The translations under genes were made by a program, and so were the position numbers. This document shows, one piece after another, positions 29,954 through 38,718 of a DNA stretch of 58,888 nucleotides. Each line of letters opens with the position of its first letter. Position 1 is the stretch's first letter. Below the pieces are notes generated by a model that worked only from the letters and a program-made list of their open reading frames with translations, made no database searches and was not told the DNA's origin. The DNA is taken from the IMG/VR virus record IMGVR_UViG_3300044691_000290, positions 1 to 58,888 of that record; one strand, 5' to 3'. This DNA is from a virus. Taxonomy: Duplodnaviria > Caudoviricetes.

Positions 29954-30231
29954 GCGGCCACCTCATCATCTACTGTGGTAAATCGCTTCTCAGTCGCTTC
30001 CATTTCGTCGGCGTATTCCTCAAGGCTTTTGATGAAAGCCCGCAGCGAATGAGTGCCTACTGAGAATCTGAAATGGTCCATCTGACGTTGCCGGATCATT
30101 TCGCCAGCGGGACTAATCGTATATGTCGGTTCACTGACAACCACGATCAATTCAGACTGTGCGCGATAATTACCGTCTTCTAGTTTGATCAAAGAAATAT
30201 TGATCGAATTGCCCATGTACTCTTTCATCAC
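29950..30231 (-). CDS. Hypothetical protein
   Basis: Coupled ORF, lower GC than neighbours. Confidence 0.55.
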   Translation of the reverse strand: MMKEYMGNSINISLIKLEDGNYRAQSELIVVVSEPTYTISPAGEMIRQRQMDHFRFSVGTHSLRAFIKSLEEYADEMEATEKRFTTVDDEVAA

Positions 30232-30542
30232 GCCGCAATCCCTGCAGCAGGGGCCGCGCCCGTGCGCTCCAGCCGATAACCATGGCTGCGGCGGTGGACA
30301 ACGCGTTGACCGACCGACGCCAACTTACGGTTCAACACATGGAGTTGGACATAGACCGACTGGCGGGCACAAAGCGGGCCGCCGTCTTTTACGCCAATGT
30401 AAACCTGATTGGTCAAAGCTGGCCCCGGAATTCCATCCTTGGCATGACGCACGATCTCAAAAATGCGACGTTGCATCATTGATAGCGGAACCGGCGCGGA
30501 AGTCTCATACTGGCCGGTACCGTCGCAGCAGGGGCACTTCAT
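30228..30542 (-). CDS. Winged-HTH protein with N-terminal CxxCxGxG
   Basis: CPCCDGTG; VYVQL..LNRKL..GYRL resembles the OmpR C-terminal wHTH. Confidence 0.6.
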   Translation of the reverse strand: MKCPCCDGTGQYETSAPVPLSMMQRRIFEIVRHAKDGIPGPALTNQVYIGVKDGGPLCARQSVYVQLHVLNRKLASVGQRVVHRRSHGYRLERTGAAPAAGIAA

Positions 30543-30856
30543 GCGTCACGTCCCGACAGCGTATTGCGCAGCGTGTAGCCTTCGAGCGCCCAAATCTTTT
30601 GCCGGGCGTTGTCACGCGCAATGCGGCGGCCGATCGCGGGGTCGAAGTTCTCGGGCGAAGCGGCAGCGCTCTCGCCGACCACGACAAAACCGTTGCGCAA
30701 AGAAAGCGCGCAAATGGTCATCGTTGTACCGGGGAATATATGATACGCCTCGCCGACGATCTGAACGTCGATCAGATGCGGCGAAAGGCGCGGGGCATTT
30801 AGGCCCTTGGTGACGAGTTCGGCTTCGATCGAAGCTTCAGAGGCGGAAAGTGTCAT
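30539..30856 (-). CDS. N4 gp49/Sf6 gp66 family protein
   Basis: APRL, TIC.L.LRNGF.V.GESA..SPENFD..IGR.IA..NA..KIW.LEGY signature. Confidence 0.85.
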   Translation of the reverse strand: MTLSASEASIEAELVTKGLNAPRLSPHLIDVQIVGEAYHIFPGTTMTICALSLRNGFVVVGESAAASPENFDPAIGRRIARDNARQKIWALEGYTLRNTLSGRDA

Positions 30857-30857
30857 T

Positions 30858-31094
30858 TCAAACCTCCAAGAGCGGGCTGATGCGCGAGGCGCCGCTGCTG
30901 AGAAAAGTCCCCGGCAATGAGCCTTTCAGATCGTGCAGGGACTTGAGAAGCCGCTCGGCTTTTTCGATGCGCCGATCCAGCAATTCGCCGACTGTGAACT
31001 CGCCAGTGAGTCCGACGCAGCCGGTTTGCCCTTGATTGAGTGCATTCTGCACGCCGAGCTGTTTCAGAGCAGCGGCATCTAGTTGGTGTGCCAT
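30858..31094 (-). CDS. Hypothetical protein
   Basis: ATG with GAGGA RBS downstream of promoter copy 6. Confidence 0.55.
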   Translation of the reverse strand: MAHQLDAAALKQLGVQNALNQGQTGCVGLTGEFTVGELLDRRIEKAERLLKSLHDLKGSLPGTFLSSGASRISPLLEV

Positions 31095-31121
31095 TCAGTG
31101 ATCCTCTGTGGGTGTGGATGC

Positions 31122-31150
31122 AACGTATCGCCTCTAAAGCGGAAAGTCAA
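31122..31150 (-). promoter_or_regulatory. Repeated promoter/operator, copy 6
   Basis: TTGACT-ttccgctttagaggcga-TACGTT; contains the TGA stop of the VRR-NUC gene. Confidence 0.75.
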
Positions 31151-31521
31151 CATAAAACTAAACGCCAGCGCCGCAAGACTTCCTTGGCTCCTTCCAACGA
31201 ATCGCACGTCACACATGCGACCATTCCTGCAGCAAGCAATCGTGGATGCATCAACCTTTGCGCGGGGTTCAAAACGCCGCCAGGCCGCTTCATTTCCAAG
31301 CCGTAGAGACCGCCCCAAAGGAAAAGCAAATCCGGAATCCCCGCCTTGACACCCTGTTGTTTCAAAACCTTTCCTTGAAACGCCGATCTCCCCTCGCCGC
31401 TATTCGGCGTATGCCAATAGACGACACCCGGCAGGAGCGCAGGCGATTGCGTGCTGTGCCCATCGAGCCAGAGGCATAGCGCACGCTGAATGTCGGCCTC
31501 GTCGGGAGCGCGGGCCACTAC
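31147..31521 (-). CDS. VRR-NUC nuclease
   Basis: E.DIQ, HTPN, GVKAGIPDL and LEMK..G..Q motifs; start inferred from overlap with the polymerase stop. Confidence 0.8.
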   Translation of the reverse strand, partial: VVARAPDEADIQRALCLWLDGHSTQSPALLPGVVYWHTPNSGEGRSAFQGKVLKQQGVKAGIPDLLFLWGGLYGLEMKRPGGVLNPAQRLMHPRLLAAGMVACVTCDSLEGAKEVLRRWRLVLC

Positions 31522-33509
31522 GCAATCACCAGCTTTTTCGCAGCCGCGACATACCAGTCGTAATTGACGTTGCTCCAATCGAAGTCCGACGCCCTGTTGC
31601 ACTCCTGCACGAGGAAGCCAGATTCGATCGACATCTCTCTTGTCTCATATTTGCTCTTGTTCTTAGTGTGCCAGCGCGGATCCCATTCGGCCGGCGCTTG
31701 CGACCACTCAAAGTCGCTGAGACCACTGCGCCGCTTGTACGTCCCTTCCACACCAATCGGCGGGCTGACCTTCTTCATCGCCCCACCGTCGTTGGCGACG
31801 TAGTAGCGGCAAATGCGCTGCGTCTGCTGCTGCCCGATCCAGAGGCTAGATGCGCGATCGACCTTGGCGCGGCACATAAAATCGAACTTGTCGGCGTGTC
31901 CGTACACGAACTCCTCCACACCAACACCCGTGACCATATGCTTGACGGCGGCCATGGTGGCAACTTGCGCCGAAAAATCCTTGTGCCATGCTGGGGGCGA
32001 ACTGTTCGAAATGTCATCGGGGAATTTGCGCGGAAACCAGAATGCGCCCTTCTGCTTCAGCTTCCCGTCCGTGGTCTCCGAGATATACGAATTCACGTCC
32101 CTGATCCACATGCGGGAGTACGAGACCGACTCCAGGTCCAGGAGCGTGTAGCGCTCCCACGCGGTCTGCATCGCCCTCGCCGCCGCAAGGTGCTTGCGCC
32201 TGACACGATATGTGATGCCGTCCGTGTTGATCGCAATGAGCGACAAGGAAGGCACGGTCAGCAACCACTCGGCGAGCATGCACAACAGCAGTTGTCCGTT
32301 GATGGTAATGGTCATAGTGAACTTCGGATCGTAGAAGACCGAATAGCGATTGTTCGAATTGCCATAGGTGCCGTTCGCCGCCAACTTGAACGCCGCGTTT
32401 TCCACGGTGCCTTTCTTATGACGGGCGCGTTCCAGCGGCAATTTCGCGTACTCTTCGACGAACCGTTCCCCAAGGTGTTCGGGCGCCAGTCTGTTCTTAA
32501 TGGCAATTGCAGGATACAATCCCGCCACGTCGATATCCTCGATCGTCCACTCGCTGTCGCTCTGGAACCTCTGGCTCGTCACGCTGCCGTGAATGCCGCC
32601 CGTTCCGAAATGGAAATCGATTCCACCCACGTTCGCCGACACGCCAGTAAAGACACCCTTGGTCTTGATGTTTTCCGTCACCTCGTCGGCGCTGAGCACC
32701 TGGTCGCGCATCCACGTCAGAATGCAGTTGAACTCTGCATTGCGGAATTGGATGTACGGGAAGATGATGCTGGCGAGAGGGATGCGCTCGCGTGGTGTCT
32801 GCCGCGGCTGGTTGCCGTCGTAACAGATGTCACGGCCTAGTCGCTGTTCGAGGATCTTGGACCCGATTTTGGAATCGTTGAAGTTGAGGCAATCCCCACG
32901 CAGCGTTTCGGATAGGCCCACGCGAAACTTAATCGCGTCCATGATCAGGTGCGCAAACTTCTTGGTCTCCTTTACGTCGTGTTTATTGTAGGGGATCAGA
33001 TCGCGGTCAATCTGATCGCGTGTGAGCGGCGTTCCGAACGGGATCGGCATCTCCATGACCGACTCGGAGCGCATGTTGACTTCAAGCGCCTTCAGGCTGG
33101 TCGACTTGGCGAAATTGTCAAAGTGGCAGATTTTGAAAAGATCGATCTGCGGCGCGAAACGGTCGTCTGCAAACACCTGTCCGCCGTATTTGCCGAACGC
33201 GCCGCGAATAAGGGACATGGCAAATTGATAGATATCCTCCACGCTCGCGTGGGGGTTCTGCCACAGAAAATGGAGGACAGGGTAGTCGAAGGCGATCGAG
33301 TTGTAGCCAACCATCGGCGTTTCCGTGACGCTCCAATGGTCGAACCAAGCCAAGAGCTGGTTGCGGTGGTCCCTCCCCTGTCCGTCCGTGGGGTTCGATA
33401 TCTCGAACGTCATGTCCAGGTCGGAGTGCAGCCCGAGCACGTTCAGGGTAAACACGTTTGGAAAAGTTTCCAAATCGTATACCACTGTATGGTCGAGGCA
33501 GATGGTCAA
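31518..33509 (-). CDS. Family B-type DNA polymerase with 3'-5' exonuclease
   Basis: Exo motifs YDLET, GYNSIAFDY, YNKHD; polymerase motifs DVAGLYP, KLAANGTYG, INTDGI. Confidence 0.9.
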   Translation of the reverse strand: MTICLDHTVVYDLETFPNVFTLNVLGLHSDLDMTFEISNPTDGQGRDHRNQLLAWFDHWSVTETPMVGYNSIAFDYPVLHFLWQNPHASVEDIYQFAMSLIRGAFGKYGGQVFADDRFAPQIDLFKICHFDNFAKSTSLKALEVNMRSESVMEMPIPFGTPLTRDQIDRDLIPYNKHDVKETKKFAHLIMDAIKFRVGLSETLRGDCLNFNDSKIGSKILEQRLGRDICYDGNQPRQTPRERIPLASIIFPYIQFRNAEFNCILTWMRDQVLSADEVTENIKTKGVFTGVSANVGGIDFHFGTGGIHGSVTSQRFQSDSEWTIEDIDVAGLYPAIAIKNRLAPEHLGERFVEEYAKLPLERARHKKGTVENAAFKLAANGTYGNSNNRYSVFYDPKFTMTITINGQLLLCMLAEWLLTVPSLSLIAINTDGITYRVRRKHLAAARAMQTAWERYTLLDLESVSYSRMWIRDVNSYISETTDGKLKQKGAFWFPRKFPDDISNSSPPAWHKDFSAQVATMAAVKHMVTGVGVEEFVYGHADKFDFMCRAKVDRASSLWIGQQQTQRICRYYVANDGGAMKKVSPPIGVEGTYKRRSGLSDFEWSQAPAEWDPRWHTKNKSKYETREMSIESGFLVQECNRASDFDWSNVNYDWYVAAAKKLVIA

Positions 33510-33520
33510 CGGGACACCTC

Positions 33521-33557
33521 AAAAAGAGGCGGCGGTGCAGTTTCCCACACCGCCGCC
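33521..33557 (-). terminator. Rho-independent terminator between SSB and polymerase genes
   Basis: Minus strand GGCGGCGGTG...CACCGCCGCC followed by TCTTTT. Confidence 0.7.
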
Positions 33558-33588
33558 ATGTCACGCGGTACGCAAAACCAAGCCGCGG

Positions 33589-34455
33589 TTAGCGAGGAGC
33601 CGGAAACGCCGGCAGCGGGGCCATGCCGGGAGACATCGGCGGGGCTGGAGGAGCTGCATAGGTAGGTGCAGCCGGTGCCACGGGCGCGGGCGACATTGGC
33701 GCAGCCGGTCCCGGTAGCGGAAGCGTATCCGCTCCATATTGTGCAGCCGCCATGACCGGCGACATGCCCTGTTGAATGTATTGCTGCGCCTGTGGTGGCA
33801 TCACTTCCTTAGGAACTACCACAGCACCGAACATCTGCGACGCGCTACGTGGACCACCCGCTCCGATCAGTTCGCCCGGCTTGGTATAGAGCACGCCTTC
33901 ATAGCCGAAGTTGACGCCGAAGGTTTTGTTCTGAAACGTGTACGCGTTGAGCGATACATACCCGTAATCGCCCGACTTGTAGAGCTGCTGGCCCGCGACG
34001 ACCTTTGCGGGAATCTCCTGCGCAACGCCATTCTGCAACACGCACACGCGCGGGCCGAGATCAAGATTGGTGGACACCTCCACAACCCAACACCCCTTGC
34101 GCCACTTGTTCTTTTCCGCCTGCTGCTCCGGTGTGAGCGGTACAACGCCGGGTTTCGGCTTCGACGTATGCGGCACGTCTCCGTCCTGGATCGGCCACTT
34201 GCCCCCCTGCGGGAACGAGCCCCATGCTTTGTTGGCGGCTTCCATGCAGAGCCCGGCGAGCTTGGTGTAGTTGGCACACTGCGCTGGATCTTGGGAGAGT
34301 TTTGGAACGAGGACGACGCAATCATTCCGGGGCTTGTCGAGCGGATCGCCGCCGGCCGACATGGTGCGCTTCTCCTGATGGAACGGGAAAGCGATACGGG
34401 CTTCACCAATCAGCGCCGTCTCCGAACGCTGCGACTTATGCTTAATTTCAGTCAT
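33589..34455 (-). CDS. Single-stranded DNA-binding protein (DUF2815/gp2.5-like) with Pro-rich tail
   Basis: RIAFP, PIQDGD, Y.SG.YG and N.TFGVNF motifs; strong RBS AAGGAG; lies between the Cas4-like and polymerase genes. Confidence 0.75.
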   Translation of the reverse strand: MTEIKHKSQRSETALIGEARIAFPFHQEKRTMSAGGDPLDKPRNDCVVLVPKLSQDPAQCANYTKLAGLCMEAANKAWGSFPQGGKWPIQDGDVPHTSKPKPGVVPLTPEQQAEKNKWRKGCWVVEVSTNLDLGPRVCVLQNGVAQEIPAKVVAGQQLYKSGDYGYVSLNAYTFQNKTFGVNFGYEGVLYTKPGELIGAGGPRSASQMFGAVVVPKEVMPPQAQQYIQQGMSPVMAAAQYGADTLPLPGPAAPMSPAPVAPAAPTYAAPPAPPMSPGMAPLPAFPAPR

Positions 34456-34488
34456 TTCTAACTCCTTTTGCTACGACGTAATAGAGAC

Positions 34489-34516
34489 ACTGTACCGCAT
34501 TAAAACGGAAAGTCAA
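34489..34516 (-). promoter_or_regulatory. Repeated promoter/operator, copy 7
   Basis: TTGACT-ttccgttttaatgcgg-TACAGT; contains the upstream TGA stop. Confidence 0.8.
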
Positions 34517-34713
34517 CTGGATTTTGGGGTCTCGCGCTGTGCCGGAGACAGCGCGGCGCGCCTGTTTTTCAAATCCTTGTAGGCGTCATGTAGTTCGCGC
34601 CACGCGCGATTGGCGGCGTACATGGTCGGAAGATCGCCGTTTGCCTTGGCGAGGCACGACAGCGCATTCACTTCAAGCATCGCCCGATCTAGTTGAGCGT
34701 CTATCGTGCTCAT
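34513..34713 (-). CDS. Hypothetical protein
   Basis: ATG with GGAG RBS; stop lies inside promoter copy 7. Confidence 0.5.
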   Translation of the reverse strand: MSTIDAQLDRAMLEVNALSCLAKANGDLPTMYAANRAWRELHDAYKDLKNRRAALSPAQRETPKSS

Positions 34714-35281
34714 GTCGCATCTCCCCGGTGGAGCCCTCATAGGCCCGCAGCTTTTCTTTGTAGTCGCGGGCAATTGTGATGGCGTTGTCCAATTGCGTGA
34801 GGACGCCGATCAATTCGGGCAACGGCTTCCAATCTGGATTGTGCGGAAAATGCTCGGCAACGAAATGCTCCAGTAGCCGAGTTGCATAGCCAAGCTCATC
34901 GGGGTTCGGCGCTGATTGGGCAACACCACTGCGGCGCTGCTCAACCAGCCATGCAATCAACTTGGCCTGCGCCTCGATCAAGTCGGCATATTTCTGCCGA
35001 TGGTGATCGTCGATATAGGACATCCAATTGCGAATATGTTTGACGGCATCGGCCACGTCGATTTTGGTCGCGGCAGCGAATAGTTCTTTTTCCTCTGCTG
35101 TCGCAGGTACTTGGGCAACATCGGGGACAGGCCCCAACTTCTCAAAAGTCTTCTTGGCATCATTCCAGCCAGCGCGGAATCCTTCTTCAAAGTCCGTTTG
35201 GCTGGGGACGCCGCGCCCGCACGAATGGCAGTACCATCCGGCCTCATGCTCAATTCCAGGAGAACACTTGGGAGAGGTCAT
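34673..35281 (-). CDS. Hypothetical protein
   Basis: 202-aa coupled ORF in the leftward operon. Confidence 0.55.
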   Translation of the reverse strand: MTSPKCSPGIEHEAGWYCHSCGRGVPSQTDFEEGFRAGWNDAKKTFEKLGPVPDVAQVPATAEEKELFAAATKIDVADAVKHIRNWMSYIDDHHRQKYADLIEAQAKLIAWLVEQRRSGVAQSAPNPDELGYATRLLEHFVAEHFPHNPDWKPLPELIGVLTQLDNAITIARDYKEKLRAYEGSTGEMRHEHDRRSTRSGDA

Positions 35282-35487
35282 AGGCGCTTCTCCAGAGCAT
35301 CGACCCGAACCTCAAGCGCCTTTATGCGCTGCTCATAATCGAACATGTCGAGTTCGGTTCGCCGGATTGTCGCGTCGCGCTTCTCATTTTCATGATATTC
35401 GGTCGCGCTTTCACCGCATCCGGTAAGCGTCAGCGCGGCTAGCAGGAGCGCTACGGTAGTTCCAGGAGAACAGAGAGTATCAGTCAT
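35278..35487 (-). CDS. Small lipoprotein
   Basis: Hydrophobic signal and lipobox LTG-C. Confidence 0.55.
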   Translation of the reverse strand: MTDTLCSPGTTVALLLAALTLTGCGESATEYHENEKRDATIRRTELDMFDYEQRIKALEVRVDALEKRL

Positions 35488-35658
35488 AACCCCTCCCGCG
35501 TTCATATTCTGCCCAATCTTCCTTGGTGACCATCACGCCCTGCCTATCGACATGCCCCGCTGATACAGATGGCGCGGGCGGACGAAACCTCGGGTTGCCG
35601 CCGAGATGGCCGAGCTGATCTCGGGTTACTTCGCGCGGGAAAAAGAAATCGAGGATGC

Positions 35659-36735
35659 TCATGCGCCCGGCCCCGTCACGCCCGCGAACATCTCCGCGGC
35701 GCTCTTGGGCGTCCACGGTTTCCTTTTATCCGATGCAAACGCCAACACGGGACCACCTTCGGGCCGCGGTGCCATCGCGTTCACGTCCGCTTCTGAAATG
35801 CCACGCTCGATCGCTTGTGCTGGCGTCGGCACATCCATGGCGTCCGGTCCCAGCTTCTCCAGCACCATGTGCCGCGCCGCTACTTCGTCTTTCCACGTCC
35901 TGTGGCGCGTGGTCGTGACGATCGCCATTCCGGGCGCGACTGCACCACTCAGAGCGCGCTTCAATTGCACTTTGTCCAAGGTTTTGAAAAAATCCGCGAT
36001 AGGCTTTTCCAGTGCCTTGAACGGCGCCACCTGTTCGGGCCGCACCTCTTCCGCCGACAGACACATGACCGCGGCGAGTTGTGCGAGCAAATCAGAAGAG
36101 GCGGGGCACTTGCCGAAAACGGGGCAGTATTTGCACTGCTCGCCGGCAACAAACGTGAGCGGGCCGGCTGGGATCGCCGCAATGCGCTCTGACCACATAA
36201 GAAGGTCCGCAGCGGGCTCCATCCACTGCTTCACGCGCGGACCCGGACGGAAGTCGTTCGGTTGCACAATAACGTAGCGGATCCAGTTGGCTGCAAGGCG
36301 GTGTGTCAGCAGAGAAGCCGCGGCATAGATTCGGAGCTGTTCGTTTTCCTCCACATCGACGCCGACAAATCCATCTTTCAAGTCGAGCACTGTGAGGGTT
36401 TCGCTGGGGGCGTCCCAATGCGCCACGTCACAGCGGCCCCAAATCTGGTCAGTGAGGTGCACACGCTGCTCCACCCACATCTTTCCCGGCGGTAGGCCGC
36501 GCAGATAGGCGAGCGCAAGCGCGACAGCATAGGCGGATGCGTGGTCGGAGTCGGGCTCGGCTCCCGCTAGGCAGCGTTCCAGTTCTTCATGCGCCGCGGT
36601 GCCTTTCTTGGCAGCGTCGCCCTCTTCCTGTTGTGGAAGCGCGGCGATGGCTTGCGCCGAAGCGGTGCAAACAGTCCAGCGGTGTGCCGAGCTGGGGGCG
36701 TAGGTGGCGTGAAGGCTCGTGGGGTGGGCGTTCAT
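35659..36735 (-). CDS. Cas4-like PD-(D/E)xK exonuclease (DUF2800)
   Basis: PSSAHRW..C, GTAAH, GRCD, LDLKDG, QLRIYA and CKYCP..C motifs. Confidence 0.85.
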   Translation of the reverse strand: MNAHPTSLHATYAPSSAHRWTVCTASAQAIAALPQQEEGDAAKKGTAAHEELERCLAGAEPDSDHASAYAVALALAYLRGLPPGKMWVEQRVHLTDQIWGRCDVAHWDAPSETLTVLDLKDGFVGVDVEENEQLRIYAAASLLTHRLAANWIRYVIVQPNDFRPGPRVKQWMEPAADLLMWSERIAAIPAGPLTFVAGEQCKYCPVFGKCPASSDLLAQLAAVMCLSAEEVRPEQVAPFKALEKPIADFFKTLDKVQLKRALSGAVAPGMAIVTTTRHRTWKDEVAARHMVLEKLGPDAMDVPTPAQAIERGISEADVNAMAPRPEGGPVLAFASDKRKPWTPKSAAEMFAGVTGPGA

Positions 36736-37172
36736 GCTGCCCTCCGAGCACGACGGCGCGGCATTTCCTGCGCCTCGCCGCCTGTCTCTTCCGCCGCTAC
36801 TGCTTCCGGCGGGATGTTCGAAGCGATCTCTTCCCAATTGAAATCGATCGCGTTGTTGATCTGCTCGACGCAGTAACCGGCGCCCGTCGCCTGACGGCGA
36901 AATTCTGCGGTGTCGATCTCACCACTCAAAAGAAGGTCAAGGAGATATTCCCACGCCTCGTCCTCGACGTGCGGCGATGGCTTGAGCATATCGGCGCGGA
37001 GCCAAGAGCTAGGAGCGCCATCGTCCCACTGAACGAGAACCCGGCCTGCAACGTCGCTTCCGGCCTTGGTTTCAAGAACCGTTCCGATGTCGCGCTGACA
37101 GTCGCTAGCCATCACGCGGTCGCCGGGATTGAAGTCAGTCCAAATCTTGAGTGCTTGGCGGGTCTTTGCCAT
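36732..37172 (-). CDS. Hypothetical protein with SH3/Tudor-like N-terminal barrel
   Basis: FNPGDRV..IGTV..VLVQWDDG..W pattern; RBS GGGAGA. Confidence 0.55.
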   Translation of the reverse strand: MAKTRQALKIWTDFNPGDRVMASDCQRDIGTVLETKAGSDVAGRVLVQWDDGAPSSWLRADMLKPSPHVEDEAWEYLLDLLLSGEIDTAEFRRQATGAGYCVEQINNAIDFNWEEIASNIPPEAVAAEETGGEAQEMPRRRARRAA

Positions 37173-37199
37173 CTGGTCTCTCCCGTTGTTGATGTCGCT

Positions 37200-37227
37200 A
37201 CATTATCGTTCTAAAACGGAGAGTCAA
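37200..37227 (-). promoter_or_regulatory. Repeated promoter/operator, copy 8
   Basis: TTGACT-ctccgttttagaacga-TAATGT. Confidence 0.75.
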
Positions 37228-37284
37228 CAACTATTTTCGTCCGCAGCGGGCCACCCCGGATCGGATGGCCCCTTCCCTCTCATC

Positions 37285-37962
37285 TCAGAGACCCAACGGC
37301 CCCAATAGCCCAGCCACTTTGGCATCGCCGAGCTGATGCAGGACAGCCACCGCCTCGTCGAACGATGCGCCGGGCACCACGAAGCCGCCCGTTGCAGGAT
37401 GCGCCAGCCATGTCACGAGCGCCTGCCCGCCGTCTGGTGCGCCAGTTGCGCGTTTGGTCAGTTCGGCGACGACCTTGGCAGTCACCGGGCCGGATACGGG
37501 TGGCGCGACCGGCGGGCTCGGGGGTGCGGGAGGAGCCGGGGTGCGGGCTAGGAATGCTGGAATGCCTTCGTCTGCTGCGGCTGGCGCTGCGGGAGCGGCT
37601 GGGGGCGGTGTCGGCGGGCTCGGAGGAGCGGATGGCGCGCTTGGCACCGGGAGCGGCGCAGGCGCTACCGCTTCGACAGCCTTGGGCTTACGGCCCGGCT
37701 TGGCCTTGGGCGCTTCGGGTGCCGCTTCCGCAGTCGCCTCGCCGCCTGTCTCTTCTGCCGCTACCGCTTCCGCGAAATCGATCTTGGCCAATATGGAGCC
37801 ACCGAAAATTCTTGTCAGCTCGGTATCTTCATCGGCGAAGACGGCCACTGCTTCTTTGATCGAACCAGTTTCGAAATGCAACTCCACGCCAGGTGAAGAC
37901 ACGCTGACATTATCGAGTTGCTGGGTCTGCGCCGCACGCAGTATCTTCCAATTGAACGTCAT
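37285..37962 (-). CDS. Pro/Ala-rich hypothetical protein
   Basis: ATG with GAGGA RBS; long Pro-rich linker containing IPAFL. Confidence 0.65.
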   Translation of the reverse strand: MTFNWKILRAAQTQQLDNVSVSSPGVELHFETGSIKEAVAVFADEDTELTRIFGGSILAKIDFAEAVAAEETGGEATAEAAPEAPKAKPGRKPKAVEAVAPAPLPVPSAPSAPPSPPTPPPAAPAAPAAADEGIPAFLARTPAPPAPPSPPVAPPVSGPVTAKVVAELTKRATGAPDGGQALVTWLAHPATGGFVVPGASFDEAVAVLHQLGDAKVAGLLGPLGL

Positions 37963-38008
37963 GTAATAGGGTTCCTCTGCCCGTGTGTGATACCTTGGTG
38001 TACGCGCA

Positions 38009-38036
38009 GTCATATCGCATCAAAACGGAAAGTCAA
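38009..38036 (-). promoter_or_regulatory. Repeated promoter/operator, copy 9
   Basis: TTGACT-ttccgttttgatgcga-TATGAC. Confidence 0.75.
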
Positions 38037-38138
38037 CAAGAAAAGAAAGCCGCCCCGCCGCTCTAGTGCGATTCGCCCGCAAAGCGCGGTACGGTAGACA
38101 CATTCCGAATCAAAGCATGGTCTGTATTGCTCACTTTT

Positions 38139-38158
38139 GAAAATATGCGGAAAGTCAA
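38139..38158 (-). promoter_or_regulatory. Repeated operator, copy 10 (half-degenerate)
   Basis: TTGACTTTCCGCATATTTTC in the divergent intergenic region. Confidence 0.6.
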
Positions 38159-38237
38159 ATAAATTTCGCGAGGCGGCAAAAGATTTTTATTGCGGAACCG
38201 TCGCATTAGTCCTAGAAAGGGACATTAGCGCGCCAAC

Positions 38238-38693
38238 GTGCACAGGAGGTATTCAGTGAGAAAGCGAACTCTCAGGCCGAATGAGCCCAGCCAGATTACA
38301 GAAAAGGTCTTAGTCCGTATTGCGGAGGATCTGAAGGCGGGCAAGCCGCCGTTGCCGAAACTGGCAGTTGTCGACGACATGGTTCCGGGGTTGCGATTCA
38401 TCATCTATAAGAATGGCGAGATCGCGATTCACGCATCATACGTCGTCGGCGAACGTCGTCCTTTCTTGAAATTAGGAGTGCTTAAAGCCAGTCCTGATCG
38501 TCGTCAGGAGGGACTTCCCCCGCAAGAACTCTCTTTGGCTGAGGCCCGCCAACTGGTCAGAGACATAAAATCGATCGGCTTGCGCGGGATCGATATCCAA
38601 GAGGGCCTAGTTACACGCCTATTGGCGGAACTAAAAAGGGATGGCGCGGCATGGCGCCCCGCAATGAGTCCGCCGGCATCACGCAAGGGCTAG
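38238..38693 (+). CDS. Stand-alone integrase arm-type DNA-binding domain protein
   Basis: D..VPGLRF.IY.NG...Y..G.R..LKLG...LSLAEAR resembles the P4-type integrase arm domain; no catalytic domain. Confidence 0.6.
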   Translation: MHRRYSVRKRTLRPNEPSQITEKVLVRIAEDLKAGKPPLPKLAVVDDMVPGLRFIIYKNGEIAIHASYVVGERRPFLKLGVLKASPDRRQEGLPPQELSLAEARQLVRDIKSIGLRGIDIQEGLVTRLLAELKRDGAAWRPAMSPPASRKG

Positions 38694-38718
38694 TGGTAGG
38701 GCGTGCGGCGCCCCGCTA

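Noticed and set aside
35659-36735. Cas4 as part of a CRISPR system
   Set aside because: DUF2800-type nuclease in its usual SSB/polymerase context; no array, cas1 or cas2
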